The position numbers and the translations under genes are program-made. A stretch of DNA of 64,000 nucleotides from Polyangia bacterium (GTDB lineage Bacteria; Myxococcota_A; Polyangia; JAAYKL01), in assembly GCA_050287845.1 (NCBI GenBank), contig JBNKCR010000025.1, forward strand, positions 66,313-130,312. Direction: 5' to 3'. Numbering within the stretch: the stretch's first letter is position 1; each line of letters begins with the position of its first letter. Positions 1-10,121 of the stretch are shown here, one piece after another. Under the pieces are notes generated by a model. That model did no database searches. It saw nothing but the letters and a program-made list of their open reading frames with translations, and was not told the origin of the DNA.

Positions 1-1013
1 AGATGCAGCTCCGGATAACCGCCTGGCAGGTAGAGTGAATCACACGGGGGGAGCGTCGTGTCCACCAACGGTGAGAACGACACCATGGTCGCGCCAGCCT
101 GTTCCAGAGCTTCCAGGTTGTCCTGGTAAACAAACTGGAATGCGTCATCCTGAGCGATAGCGATGGTGAGTGTCGATGACGAAATCCCCCGAACCCCCTT
201 TGCGAAAAGGGGAACAATGCGTTGCTTTTGAATCTGATTTTGTGAAGAAAGTACTGAGCGCTCTTCTTTTTCCAAAGGAGGCGAAGGGGATTTCGTACCA
301 GCGGTTATCCCCAGCAACTTTTCCACATCAATCCGCTGTTCCATTACATCGGCGATTGTCTCAATCATGTGTTCGTGTTCACCATCCTGCTTACAATGAG
401 ACAATCCCAGGTGTCTGGACAAAATCGATGGCAGGGCATCTTTGGGAACAGCACCCAGTAAAGGCGGCAATCCCGCAGCTTTAAGAGATTCCCTCACCAG
501 TGCTTCATGGGTATCGCTGCCACAACGATTGCCGATGACCCCAACAATTCGGATTTTCTTTTCGAACGTACAGCAGCCGTGCACCACCGCCGCTGCAGAG
601 CGGCCCATCCCAGAAATATCGAGTACCAGCAATACCGGAATATTGAGCAGTCTGGCAACTTGCGCCGCAGTGCCGTCCTCACTGGTGGCAGATGCGCCAT
701 CAAACAACCCCATGGCGCCTTCAATAAACGATATATCGGCAGAGCTGATTTTGTCATTGAAGAGCGACTTGACATACTTTTTACCCATCATCCATGAATC
801 CAGATTGTAGCAGGTCCGCCCCGCTGCCTGTGAAAGATGCGAGGGGTCGAGATAATCCGGACCGCATTTAAACGGTTGAACAAACGCACCTTTGCGTCGG
901 AGTGCGCGAATCAAACCAAGAGTGATGGATGTCTTGCCGGAGTTGCTGCCAACCGCGGCAATCAAGTACGCCGGACATTCTTTGGGACGAAGACTCAAGA
1001 GATCACGCTCCAT
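1..1013 (-). CDS. cbiA: Cobyrinate a,c-diamide synthase CbiA/CobB (runs off the window edge, 3' partial)
   Basis: Manual translation from ATG 1013: P-loop AVGSNSGKT, FKCGPDYLDP, IEGAMGLFDG, then glutaminase-domain IAIAQDDAFQFVYQDN and LYLPGGYPELH in the same frame. Missing from the ORF track because there is no stop inside the window. Confidence 0.92.
   Translation of the reverse strand, partial: MERDLLSLRPKECPAYLIAAVGSNSGKTSITLGLIRALRRKGAFVQPFKCGPDYLDPSHLSQAAGRTCYNLDSWMMGKKYVKSLFNDKISSADISFIEGAMGLFDGASATSEDGTAAQVARLLNIPVLLVLDISGMGRSAAAVVHGCCTFEKKIRIVGVIGNRCGSDTHEALVRESLKAAGLPPLLGAVPKDALPSILSRHLGLSHCKQDGEHEHMIETIADVMEQRIDVEKLLGITAGTKSPSPPLEKEERSVLSSQNQIQKQRIVPLFAKGVRGISSSTLTIAIAQDDAFQFVYQDNLEALEQAGATMVSFSPLVDTTLPPCDSLYLPGGYPELH
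179..296. repeat. REP-like/MITE-like palindromic element inside cbiA
   Basis: 11-bp terminal inverted repeat ACGAAATCCCC (179-189) / GGGGATTTCGT (286-296), with internal CCCCCTTTGCGAAAAGGGG and a degenerate CTTCTTTTTCCAAAGGAG hairpin. Confidence 0.7.
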
Positions 1014-1825
1014 GCCTTCACCTTCTCTTCAGAAATCATTTCACGAAACCACATCATTTTTGAACGCAGATGGACCACTTCGCCCACCACAATGATTGCC
1101 GGACCATCTTCGATAATGCTGGATGTAAGCGATGTCAGTGTTGCAACAGTCCCGGTCACCGTACGCTGTTTCGCAAGTGTACCATTGTAAATGATGGCGG
1201 CAGGCGTCGTTTCCTTGCGACCAAACCTTACCAGACTGGTCATAATTTCGTCGCACCTTGTTCTGCCCATTAAAAAAATCAGTGTATCGGGACCATTGGC
1301 AATCCGACGCCATTGGATGTCATCAAAGGATAACCCACCACGGCGGTGGGCACTGTAGATACCAAAAGATGACGCTACCTCGCGGTGAGTAACCGGAATA
1401 CCTGCGTAGGCGGGTACCGATGCGATACAGCTGACGCCCGGAACAATTTCGAACGGAATCCCCTCTCTTTTCAGCGCCATGGCTTCTTCGGCGCCACGTC
1501 CGAAGGTAATCGGGTCGCCGCCTTTTAATCGGACCACTGTTTTGCCCTTATGGGAAAGTGAAATGATTAAAGCGGTGGTTTCCGCCTGGGTTCTATCGCA
1601 GTGGCCTTTTCGTTTGCGAACACTGATGCGCTCTGCCTCTGGTGCATATTGAACCATTATTTCGGGATTAACCAGTGCATCGAAAAGAACCACATCAGCC
1701 AGTTGCAGGCATTGCGCAGCTCGTACTGTAATCAGACCCGGATCGCCCGGACCGGCGCCAACAAGAAAAACCTTTCCACAGGAAAAAGGCAATAATGAAA
1801 TCGGATGGGTCAACGGCACCTCCAA
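995..1825 (-). CDS. cobA: Uroporphyrinogen-III C-methyltransferase
   Basis: VFLVGAGPGDPGLITVRA, VVRLKGGDP, GRGAEE, VPGVS and AGIPVTHR motifs. Confidence 0.93.
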   Translation of the reverse strand: MEVPLTHPISLLPFSCGKVFLVGAGPGDPGLITVRAAQCLQLADVVLFDALVNPEIMVQYAPEAERISVRKRKGHCDRTQAETTALIISLSHKGKTVVRLKGGDPITFGRGAEEAMALKREGIPFEIVPGVSCIASVPAYAGIPVTHREVASSFGIYSAHRRGGLSFDDIQWRRIANGPDTLIFLMGRTRCDEIMTSLVRFGRKETTPAAIIYNGTLAKQRTVTGTVATLTSLTSSIIEDGPAIIVVGEVVHLRSKMMWFREMISEEKVKAWSVIS

Positions 1826-1909
1826 AATACAATAAATTGCGAGATGCCGTATTTCATCTCAAGACAACGCCAACCCCAAAACCGAGAGTGAGCGTATAAA
1901 AATGTAAAG

Positions 1910-2055
1910 GTTCAGGTCTTCTGGCTTCCAGATCTCTCTATTCGCTGCGTCTTCCCGCCTCATCGGCAGTGACATATCTGCAGCTTTCGTCCCTGGTTAC
2001 AGCGGCGGTACCGCGACGGTGTTTCACCGTACTTCCCTTGGCCTTGCTGAGTGAA
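1910..2055 (-). ncRNA. Cobalamin riboswitch
   Basis: Minus strand reads AGGGAAGTACGGTGAAACACCGTCGCGGTACCGCCGCTGTAA ... GTCACTG ... GGGAAGAC ... AAGCCAGAAGACCTG (B12 box), directly upstream of cobA-cbiA. Confidence 0.9.
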
Positions 2056-2135
2056 TCTCATAAGTATTGGCAGGTTGTCAAGAGGACTCTTCAAGCATAG
2101 ACAAGTATGGCAGGATTTTACGTGTCGTCAGAGGT

Positions 2136-2321
2136 TCATGGTAATTTCATGACATTGAATCGAGTCATATCTGTTTCGTATCGGGACAGTTGTGCAGGCT
2201 GCTGAGTCTTACAGGATGCGGCGGATTCACAGCGAGCGAATCCCCCATGTATGAAGGCGATGCAGAATAACAAAACTGTGCAGATAGAGAAGACCCACTT
2301 GTGACAATAACCACTTTTCAC
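2136..2321 (-). CDS. Small hypothetical protein, possibly secreted or membrane-bound
   Basis: GTG start overlaps the TPR gene stop (GTGA); hydrophobic N-terminus. Could be spurious. Confidence 0.3.
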   Translation of the reverse strand: MKSGYCHKWVFSICTVLLFCIAFIHGGFARCESAASCKTQQPAQLSRYETDMTRFNVMKLP

Positions 2322-3505
2322 CTGGAAAGATACTTTTGGGCTTGTTGTTCAATAGAATTCTTTGTCTCCTGAAAGGACGCCTCGGTGATTGCTGACGCTG
2401 CATCCATCGCCGTTTCCCAGTCTTCCCGTTGCAGCGAGGCGAAGGCGAATCGCACCAGCCCCAATTGGTTCAAAGTGCGTATTTCGTAAAGGGGACGCAG
2501 TAATTCAGAAGCAGTATCAAACGCGTCTATCTGCAAATAGATAGCAGCCAGCTGGTCGATTCTTTGCCGCTCCCTGTCAATTTTATACCCCGTGCGAATC
2601 GCATCCTGAAAATGTCCAGCAAGACGATATTGCTCGGAAGCGGCAAAAGCTAGGTCCAAGCGCGTATTTAAAATGGAATCGAACAATTGTGCGGATGCAA
2701 GCGGCGCATTCTGCTCTGCGTAACTGTATGCCAGCCGAACCTTTGCCTCTGTGCTCTGGGGGCACTGCAGTGTGGCCTCCTCAAGTATCACTGTGGGTTC
2801 CTTGCCGTCTCCTGTATTTCGGCATGCTTCAGCGACATACAGATACGCCGCGTCACAGCTTTCCGTTTCACTGCGGGTGCGGGCATACTGCCTCGCAAAA
2901 TCGGTCGCTGTAACAAAAAATCCCTGACTCGAAAAAAGGCGCGCTGCCAGTAACAGCAATGTCGATTCTCCGGGAAAATGCCGCAGACCTTCATCGAGCG
3001 CTACCCGGGCGGATTCCATTTCTTCTGCGTGCATCAGCGACTGAACCCGCAATATATGCCAGGGCGCAAGCCTTTCTCCCATGGCTCTGGCATTATCAAG
3101 AGCCTGCGCGGCCATTCTATACTCCCCCAGCTGATACCGGGCCTGTCCCAGATAAAACCAGATAGCCGTTCTGTTCGGCTGCTCCCGGATAACCGATTCA
3201 AACGCCGCAACGGCTTTTTGGGGATATCCCATTTCCAGATAAAGAGCCCCGGACACAGACTGGTAATCCACAATGGGAAAACCGCATTGCTCAAAATGGA
3301 CCGACCAGCACTTCTGTGCAGCCACAACCATTTTTTTTGCCTGGCGGATATCCTTTTCCATTAAGGCCTGTTGGGCCAGTTCGATATATGGGGGCGCCAC
3401 AAACGGTTCAACCGCCTTTTGTCGAGGGTTACGTCCCCCAAGGGCGATAAGCGAACCCATGACGACCAACAGCAGCGTATTTATAAATAGAAGAATTCTT
3501 TTCAT
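2318..3505 (-). CDS. Periplasmic TPR-repeat protein of a TonB2-type cluster
   Basis: Signal peptide, TPR-like helices (AIWFYLGQARYQLGEYRMAAQAL), located after tonB. Confidence 0.8.
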   Translation of the reverse strand: MKRILLFINTLLLVVMGSLIALGGRNPRQKAVEPFVAPPYIELAQQALMEKDIRQAKKMVVAAQKCWSVHFEQCGFPIVDYQSVSGALYLEMGYPQKAVAAFESVIREQPNRTAIWFYLGQARYQLGEYRMAAQALDNARAMGERLAPWHILRVQSLMHAEEMESARVALDEGLRHFPGESTLLLLAARLFSSQGFFVTATDFARQYARTRSETESCDAAYLYVAEACRNTGDGKEPTVILEEATLQCPQSTEAKVRLAYSYAEQNAPLASAQLFDSILNTRLDLAFAASEQYRLAGHFQDAIRTGYKIDRERQRIDQLAAIYLQIDAFDTASELLRPLYEIRTLNQLGLVRFAFASLQREDWETAMDAASAITEASFQETKNSIEQQAQKYLSR

Positions 3506-3514
3506 CGTGGATTC

Positions 3515-4156
3515 CTAATGCAGTTTAAACACCACCCGCTGTGTCACCCATGCTTTCAGTGGCTTGCCCTGATACGTGGCCGGTGCAAATTTCCAGGAGG
3601 ACAGTGCCCGCTTCGCCGCGTCGTCAAACACCCCGGCAGGTGACGAAGTGACAATCTCCACCCGTGAAACAGAGCCATCCTTTTCAAGAAGAAGACGGGC
3701 CTCCACGTCACCCTCTATGCCCTGCCGTTCGAGCGCTGCCGGATACATAGGCGCGGTTTTTACGAGCGGTCTGGGGGATTCATCCAGAACATCTTCAGTA
3801 AGGATCATGTCTTTTTGCATCAGTGCATCCAGTGATACCGAACTTTCCGGATGAACCACTGGCATCTCCCCTGACTCATCTGCCACCTCAAATGCAGGAA
3901 TTGAAAAAGACGAAGGAATATTCGGCAATCCTACCGCCACCGGCTGCTGTGCGCTCTTCATCTTTTTTTGTGTTTGGATCATTTTTTTTGGACGCTTTCT
4001 GGGAGGCACGAATATATCTGCTGAAGTATCTGGTTTTTTTTGCGGGGGTGTTACATTTTCGGATGCAACTCCCCACAATCCCATGGCACCAAACATGAAA
4101 GCATTCACTGCGAGTGCGAATACCAGAGAGGTCAGTATTTTAATTATTCCATTCAA
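3515..4156 (-). CDS. tonB: Energy transducer TonB
   Basis: N-terminal TM helix, Pro/Lys-rich linker, C-terminal PMYP...GIEGDV...FDDAAKRALSSWKFAPA. Confidence 0.9.
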   Translation of the reverse strand: MNGIIKILTSLVFALAVNAFMFGAMGLWGVASENVTPPQKKPDTSADIFVPPRKRPKKMIQTQKKMKSAQQPVAVGLPNIPSSFSIPAFEVADESGEMPVVHPESSVSLDALMQKDMILTEDVLDESPRPLVKTAPMYPAALERQGIEGDVEARLLLEKDGSVSRVEIVTSSPAGVFDDAAKRALSSWKFAPATYQGKPLKAWVTQRVVFKLH

Positions 4157-4159
4157 TGC

Positions 4160-4573
4160 TTATGGCTTTCTCTGCACATCAACACCCACGTTTTTCGCGC
4201 CGGCAAGTTTGCACTGGTCCACCACATCAACCAACTTGCCGGTGGCGGACGCTTCGTCCGCGGTCACCAATACCGGTTTATCCGGATACCTGGAGAGGAT
4301 GGCCCGTACCTGCCCCTGCACCATCCAGGGGTGCACGTCTTTCCCATCCACAGTCACCTGTCCACTCCGGGTGAGCGTAATTCTGAGCGCGCGAACATCC
4401 GCAGTCGCGACACTGGATGCTCTGGGACGCTCAATTTCCATTTCCAGATTGCGAACAAAGGTGGTGGACACCATAAAAAAGATAAGAAGAATGAATACTA
4501 CATCAATCAATGGAGCAATATCGATGCCTTCGTCATCTTTGAAAAATGACGGAATCTCACGGAGACGTTTCAT
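4160..4573 (-). CDS. exbD: Biopolymer transporter ExbD
   Basis: IDIAPLIDVVFILLIFFMVSTTF motif. Confidence 0.92.
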   Translation of the reverse strand: MKRLREIPSFFKDDEGIDIAPLIDVVFILLIFFMVSTTFVRNLEMEIERPRASSVATADVRALRITLTRSGQVTVDGKDVHPWMVQGQVRAILSRYPDKPVLVTADEASATGKLVDVVDQCKLAGAKNVGVDVQRKP

Positions 4574-5127
4574 CTTGTACTTTCTTTTTCAGGTGACAGA
4601 CTTGTTGCCATCAGCCGAAACCGTTGCAGCTGTCTGTCGACTTTTCTGTTTAAAATGCGACTGAAAAAAAATGCGGGTATTGCAACCACCAAACCAGCCT
4701 GTGTGGTCAACAAGGCTTCTGAAATACCCCCGGCAATTCCTCCCTGCTGTGAAAAAAAACGCATGGTCGTCAATCCTTCGAAAGTCACTATCATACCGCT
4801 GACTGTTCCGAGCAAACCCAGAAGGGGCGCTGCAGCCACCAGTGTGTCTATCAGTCTGTCATAAGCATTCAGCTTCTGATGCAGCCAACGATTGGCCACT
4901 TCCCAACCGGATACCCGTTGAATCAATGTTCTCAGGTAGGTTTCATTTATCCTTTTCGCCTCCACCCAGTTGAAAAAACGAACCCCCAACAGCGTCCAAA
5001 TCAGAATTCCTACCATGAGTAATGGAATCATCACAAACCCACCTGCCTGCATCAGCAGAACAAATGCATCATACACCTTATTTGCCATCCCGAGCGCGCC
5101 CTGGTATTCACCTGAAGAAATGTTCAC
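4570..5127 (-). CDS. exbB: MotA/TolQ/ExbB proton channel (short form)
   Basis: APLLGLLGTVSGMI and GISEALLTTQAGL. Start placed at GTG 5127, which overlaps the upstream stop and follows an AAGGAG RBS. Confidence 0.88.
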   Translation of the reverse strand: MNISSGEYQGALGMANKVYDAFVLLMQAGGFVMIPLLMVGILIWTLLGVRFFNWVEAKRINETYLRTLIQRVSGWEVANRWLHQKLNAYDRLIDTLVAAAPLLGLLGTVSGMIVTFEGLTTMRFFSQQGGIAGGISEALLTTQAGLVVAIPAFFFSRILNRKVDRQLQRFRLMATSLSPEKESTR

Positions 5128-6470
5128 ACGTGCTCTCCTTTTTTCAGAACATTCATGGCGGCCAGACAGTAAATCTGCATATTGTCCATAATTTTTCTGG
5201 CCCACTTTGCAATGAGACTCCTGGCCAACAGAAAGGGAATCGCCACCGCCAGACCGATTTCCGTGGTAATCAGCGCCTCGGAAATGCCACCGGAAAGCAA
5301 CGCGGGGTTACCAGTGCCGTAACGGGTAATCACATCGAAGGTGGAAATCATCCCCGTCACCGTTCCCAGTAATCCCAGAAGCGGCGTGGCGGTGGTAATA
5401 ACTGTTAAAATAGTTAAAGATCGATCCATTTTGGGCAGGGTGCGAAACACCAGTTCGTCGACGCCGTTCTCCATCTCTTCTCTTTCGAGTTTCCGATTTT
5501 CGATCACGTATCGAATCCCCTTTCCCGCTGCCCCCATTCTTCTGCTCAGTTTCTGTGCATCCTGAAATCGATTTTCAGCTATCAAAACGGAGACCTTGTT
5601 AAAACTGGAAGGCACATAATCTGAATGCATCAGCAGCGTTCCGATACGCTCCAGTACGAGCAGAATCCCCAACGCTGCAATGGCCAGAATAACAAACGCC
5701 ACAGGGCCGCCGGCTTCAGCGGTCTGCCACAGATTTTTTTTGGAATCCTGAATGGAGGCGCCTTTTGGAAATGGAGAAATCAATATCGGGCCAATTCGTT
5801 TGCCCTCCTTCAACGCTTTGACTGCACCGGCTGAGATCTCGCCAACTGCCATCAGTTCTCCCTGGGAGGTTCGGGACAAAATATTTCCTTTGCCCTTTTC
5901 TAAACCCAGCGCCGCAATGTTCCCTATGCGCACTACCGTCCCCGAAATTTCCCTTGCGTCCGTGGAAAAATAGGTCGCCTTTTCTGAAACAACCAAACCA
6001 TGCTGTTTCAGCGTTGAAATCGCAGTTGTCATGCAATTGGAAAAAATCTCATTTTGAGATGCATTTAATGAATGCCTCCCGGAAGATGCAGTAGCAGATT
6101 CTGTTGCGGTGTGAAGCATCGCATCAAACAACGCGTTTTCGTCAGTGGTTTTCTGAGCCGATTCAAATGCAACCTCTCTGGTCTGCTCCAGTTGTCTCTG
6201 CTGTTTCTGCAATGATTCCAAATCATGGAGAGTCTGACTGATTTTCTGTGTCAATTCCTGTTTCTGCTCGTCGGCTTCGTGAATGGTTTTTTCCAGAGAC
6301 TGAGAAAGAGCATCCCGAGTGGCAGTCAATTCCCGAAGTTCTCGTCGAAACGCCTCTTCAAATGTGGGTACATTCGCGAATGCGCTGACCGGAAGGAAAA
6401 CAGAAAACAGACCAACGGAAAGATACCGAAGCAATCGAAATAATGGTTGTCGAATTCTGTGTGTTTTCAT
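5124..6470 (-). CDS. Long MotA/TolQ/ExbB family protein with periplasmic coiled coil (TtpC-like)
   Basis: Signal peptide, coiled coil, C-terminal PLLGLLGTVTGMI...GGISEALITT. Confidence 0.88.
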   Translation of the reverse strand: MKTHRIRQPLFRLLRYLSVGLFSVFLPVSAFANVPTFEEAFRRELRELTATRDALSQSLEKTIHEADEQKQELTQKISQTLHDLESLQKQQRQLEQTREVAFESAQKTTDENALFDAMLHTATESATASSGRHSLNASQNEIFSNCMTTAISTLKQHGLVVSEKATYFSTDAREISGTVVRIGNIAALGLEKGKGNILSRTSQGELMAVGEISAGAVKALKEGKRIGPILISPFPKGASIQDSKKNLWQTAEAGGPVAFVILAIAALGILLVLERIGTLLMHSDYVPSSFNKVSVLIAENRFQDAQKLSRRMGAAGKGIRYVIENRKLEREEMENGVDELVFRTLPKMDRSLTILTVITTATPLLGLLGTVTGMISTFDVITRYGTGNPALLSGGISEALITTEIGLAVAIPFLLARSLIAKWARKIMDNMQIYCLAAMNVLKKGEHV

Positions 6471-7258
6471 TCTGCGGTTTTCCCTGAAAACAGCGGCAAT
6501 AAATACTGTCCTCCGTTCATCTGTTTTTCAACCTCCGAAAACAGCCGTTCAATTTCCTTCTGTGTATTCCGATTCTGAATCTCCTCATATGCAAATGATC
6601 CGCTTGCATCCATCAGCATCGCTCCGAAATGCGTGTTATCGTATCGCGAATACATGGCCACCATTCCCAAGCGCACAACGGAAAGCAGCCTTCTGGGTTC
6701 GCCTTGTTTCACCGACAGTTTGATTCTTCCCATCTCTACGCTGGACGCAAGGTGCTGTTCGCCTTCTGTGAAGCGCCAGATATCAACGGCTGTTTCCCTG
6801 GGCGAAACCGTATCTGTTTCCAGATTCTGTCTCATCCGCTCCAGTGCGCCCAATCGTTCAGAAACCTGAAAGGGAAGACCTCTGCTGACCAGCTCTTTTA
6901 AATCGGTTATTGCGGAGACACACGACTGTTTCAATGCATCCTCCGTCTGGGAAGCTTCCGTCAGTGTTTCGGTATATCCCCTGATTTCTTCCTTCAACGT
7001 ATTACCCTGGAGTACGTGTTCGTCCCGTTGAATCTTCAATTCATTCAGCCGACTTTCCAGTCCGATCAACTCCGCACTTTTCTGACTTCGAAGGTCACGG
7101 AGCTGCGCATCCAGATCGTTGATTTCCACTCTGAGCCCAGCCAGTTTTTCTGGCGCATATTCGTTGGAACTCGTTTCAGCTGCAAACCCAGTGGTCATCA
7201 GCAGTATCACAATGAAAACTGCCCCCGGTTTTTTCCTGGAATCACACATTCTTTGCAT
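6467..7258 (-). CDS. DUF3450-like coiled-coil protein of TonB2-type clusters
   Basis: Signal peptide, coiled coil, GLPFQVSERL and VVRLGMVAMY; position before the long ExbB. Start uncertain. Confidence 0.7.
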   Translation of the reverse strand: MQRMCDSRKKPGAVFIVILLMTTGFAAETSSNEYAPEKLAGLRVEINDLDAQLRDLRSQKSAELIGLESRLNELKIQRDEHVLQGNTLKEEIRGYTETLTEASQTEDALKQSCVSAITDLKELVSRGLPFQVSERLGALERMRQNLETDTVSPRETAVDIWRFTEGEQHLASSVEMGRIKLSVKQGEPRRLLSVVRLGMVAMYSRYDNTHFGAMLMDASGSFAYEEIQNRNTQKEIERLFSEVEKQMNGGQYLLPLFSGKTAE

Positions 7259-7283
7259 TCCTTCCCTGCAAGGGACGCTACCA

Positions 7284-8204
7284 CTATAAATTTTTTGCAT
7301 TGCAAAGCCCAACACCGTTGAAATGAACCGAAGCCCTGGCTGCATATTGAACAAAGTGATACAGGGTCCATTCGTTCGGTGGCAGGAGGCCTCCATCGTT
7401 GTACACAACACGGTGTCCCGCTTCGTCCACCAGAGGTTCGCCGTTGTCATTCAGCAGATTGGTTAAATCCTGATTCTTCAATTCCTCTTCTGTTACCAGA
7501 CCATCATCCCCCGCCATAGCGGCAAACGCGTCAAATCTCAAATCTTCGTCACCGGATGCCAGTGTGTCCCAGAAAAGATGAATGGCATGTGCGTATATAT
7601 ACGCCCCGATGGTTTTTCCCGCTTCAATGGAAATGCCCTGAGTGGTGTCTTTTCCATTGATGCAGTTCGAATAGACAGCGGCGATGGGCAATCCGATTCG
7701 AAACTGCACGGTACGCCCTTTTTCTGGATTTACCGCTTCGCCGGCCACAAGAAATGACCAGCCATTCTGTACCATCAGGGTAATATCGTTTGCGCTCGCG
7801 CTGATACTGACAGTCTGAGCATTCGGCGCCAATAGACTGAATCCAAAATCCAGTCTTCGGGCGGGTAAATTGTTTACAGTGCTGAGCGTCTCGCTGCCAG
7901 TGGCGCTTTGGGCCAGATCCAGCACCATGGGCCCAGCCCATCTCTCCACTTCGCTGGTATCATCCTGCTGCGAAAAAACCACATCGCCAATAACAATCAC
8001 ATACTTCGTGAACTGCAGTTGCCAGCCGTCAACAAATGCTGTGGTAATGCCATTTTCCGTATAGGGAAATCCCGTCCTCAATGCCTCGCCGCCGCTTACT
8101 TCAAGGGTCAGGCTGCCTTCGCCCGCAGTATCCTCGCTGACACATCCGGCAGCAATAAATACAGACAACAGTGTCAGGAGACAGGTAATTGTGAATTTTG
8201 TCAT
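7284..8204 (-). CDS. Lipoprotein associated with the TonB-dependent receptor
   Basis: Lipobox IAAGC; FVDGWQLQFTK and HAIHLFW; ATGA overlap with the upstream gene. Confidence 0.75.
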   Translation of the reverse strand: MTKFTITCLLTLLSVFIAAGCVSEDTAGEGSLTLEVSGGEALRTGFPYTENGITTAFVDGWQLQFTKYVIVIGDVVFSQQDDTSEVERWAGPMVLDLAQSATGSETLSTVNNLPARRLDFGFSLLAPNAQTVSISASANDITLMVQNGWSFLVAGEAVNPEKGRTVQFRIGLPIAAVYSNCINGKDTTQGISIEAGKTIGAYIYAHAIHLFWDTLASGDEDLRFDAFAAMAGDDGLVTEEELKNQDLTNLLNDNGEPLVDEAGHRVVYNDGGLLPPNEWTLYHFVQYAARASVHFNGVGLCNAKNL

Positions 8205-9040
8205 TGTTGACTCCATATAAAATCATAGGAATACCGATTGCGCACTGCCTGAACCAGAGCAGTCATTGCCTGAGTGTCATTGGTGAACCGATACACACCA
8301 TCGGATTCGACTTCGGTAAGGGTAGAAAAGTCTACCCCATCCAACCATGCATCCAGAAAAACACGCGTCAGCAAACGCCCTGGCTTTTCGCTCTTGTCAC
8401 GCAATGGAACACTGCCTTCAATGTTCTGTACAATTCGCATGGTGCCTTCATCGGGAATGGTAACCCGCGCACTGAATGGGATGGCCCGGTCCGCATTGGA
8501 TGCGGTACCAGTTAATAAAATTGAATCGTTCTGAAGCACGTTTAAGAGCGCATTCTCATCAACCACCGCCAGTCCCTGGTCGCCTCTGGGATGATAGTGC
8601 AGCTCCATGGAAAGGCAGGTTCCTTTTTCGCCGGCCACCATACCTGTGGACGTCACGGTTGGTGCCAGCAAATTGACTGCCTGTTGTTGAAAAACTTCGC
8701 CAAGGACTGTGCCATAATCAAATTGCGAATGGGTGGAACAGGCGTTGGCGATGCCAGTGTGGAACCACAGACTGTTTTGAGTCATGGCCTCTCCACTGTA
8801 ATAATACATTGGCCCCATAAGGACAATCGCCTGAGTCAATTGCACGGTCCATCCTCCGCTGGTGGTGAATGACGAGATACTGCCTTTGGATGTAGCCCCC
8901 TGAACGCCGGTGGCAAATGTGATGGATTCACCTGCTGTGGTCGCATCACACGACGTGGTCAAAAGGGGGGCTGCGGCGACAAACAGTGTTGCCGAGACAA
9001 TGACCGACAACAGTTTTTGTATGAATTGGGTATTTTTCAT
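8201..9040 (-). CDS. Lipoprotein associated with the TonB-dependent receptor
   Basis: Lipobox LTTSC; GWTVQLTQA; internal ACSTHSQF segment. Confidence 0.75.
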   Translation of the reverse strand: MKNTQFIQKLLSVIVSATLFVAAAPLLTTSCDATTAGESITFATGVQGATSKGSISSFTTSGGWTVQLTQAIVLMGPMYYYSGEAMTQNSLWFHTGIANACSTHSQFDYGTVLGEVFQQQAVNLLAPTVTSTGMVAGEKGTCLSMELHYHPRGDQGLAVVDENALLNVLQNDSILLTGTASNADRAIPFSARVTIPDEGTMRIVQNIEGSVPLRDKSEKPGRLLTRVFLDAWLDGVDFSTLTEVESDGVYRFTNDTQAMTALVQAVRNRYSYDFIWSQQ

Positions 9041-9117
9041 TGAGGACCTCTTAAAAAATGATACATGCCTCGCACTGCCGGACAGTTCTTTTTTCAGCCA
9101 GATAGGCGGGCAAAAAG

Positions 9118-10059
9118 TTACTCTTCTTCTGCAATCTGAAATACGGTGAACTCAACCGTACCGCCTCCGGGTATCGGCTTGAATCGAATGACATATGGCA
9201 CCGGATCTGTGCCTTCGGTCTGGTCATCGTCGCCATCCCATTCCAGGTCCGCATGCCAGTGTTCCGGAATATTTTCAGCGCACAGCGTCACCGCCGTACC
9301 GCCGGAAGTCGTCATCAGAGTGCCGTCCCGGTGCTGTATCCCATCGAATATACCTGTCTGATTGAAGAAAACAGCGTACTCGCCACAGCTGAATACCGGA
9401 AAATGAATGTAACTTGCTGCATTATTCGGCAACGTGACACTGATTCTGGTCTCCTGGTCCGCATGATAGTCTTCAGCAAATACATCATCGAATACCGTGA
9501 CAACCCCTTTGAATTCGACCGCCTCAGCCAGAATTGCATCACAGGCACGTTGTGGATCAAAGGTCTCTTCCACCGCATTCTTTTCGCACAGCGCTTCGGA
9601 TTCACTCGCCTGACATGTGGCGGCGGTTCCGCACGGTTCGATGGCGATAGACAAGGAACCGTTGTTCATTACACAATTGTACGCGCTGTTGTTTTCGCAC
9701 TTGAATGTCCCCGCTGCACAGGTGGATGTCTCATCCAGACACGCCGCAGTTGACGCACTGGTTTCCACACAGGCATATCCAAGGGCAGCGCAATCCGCGC
9801 CCCAGTGAAAATGAGGTTCCATTCCCTCAACGATGTGACAGTACTGCACCTTGTTACCAACGCACTGCTCCCAGCCGTCTCTGTCAGTGGTGCATTCGTA
9901 GGAAATATCCTGGTTGTAAGAGTCTGATGGTGATGTATCGGACGCAGTATCCACCGTGCTGTCAGCGTCGTTGCTGTTATCGTCACAGGCAGAGATTGAA
10001 ACGAAGAGGATCGCACTGAACAGTGCCGCGAGTTTCGAAATTTTGAATTGATTTTTCAT
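9118..10059 (-). CDS. Cys/His-rich lipoprotein
   Basis: Lipobox ISAC, Asp/Ser/Thr linker, many Cys; HFHW and HWHAD motifs. Confidence 0.75.
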   Translation of the reverse strand: MKNQFKISKLAALFSAILFVSISACDDNSNDADSTVDTASDTSPSDSYNQDISYECTTDRDGWEQCVGNKVQYCHIVEGMEPHFHWGADCAALGYACVETSASTAACLDETSTCAAGTFKCENNSAYNCVMNNGSLSIAIEPCGTAATCQASESEALCEKNAVEETFDPQRACDAILAEAVEFKGVVTVFDDVFAEDYHADQETRISVTLPNNAASYIHFPVFSCGEYAVFFNQTGIFDGIQHRDGTLMTTSGGTAVTLCAENIPEHWHADLEWDGDDDQTEGTDPVPYVIRFKPIPGGGTVEFTVFQIAEEE

Positions 10060-10121
10060 TTTTGCTTTTCCTTAAAAAAAATTCTTCCTCATGTTGTTTC
10101 GAGGAAGTGTAAAATTGATTT

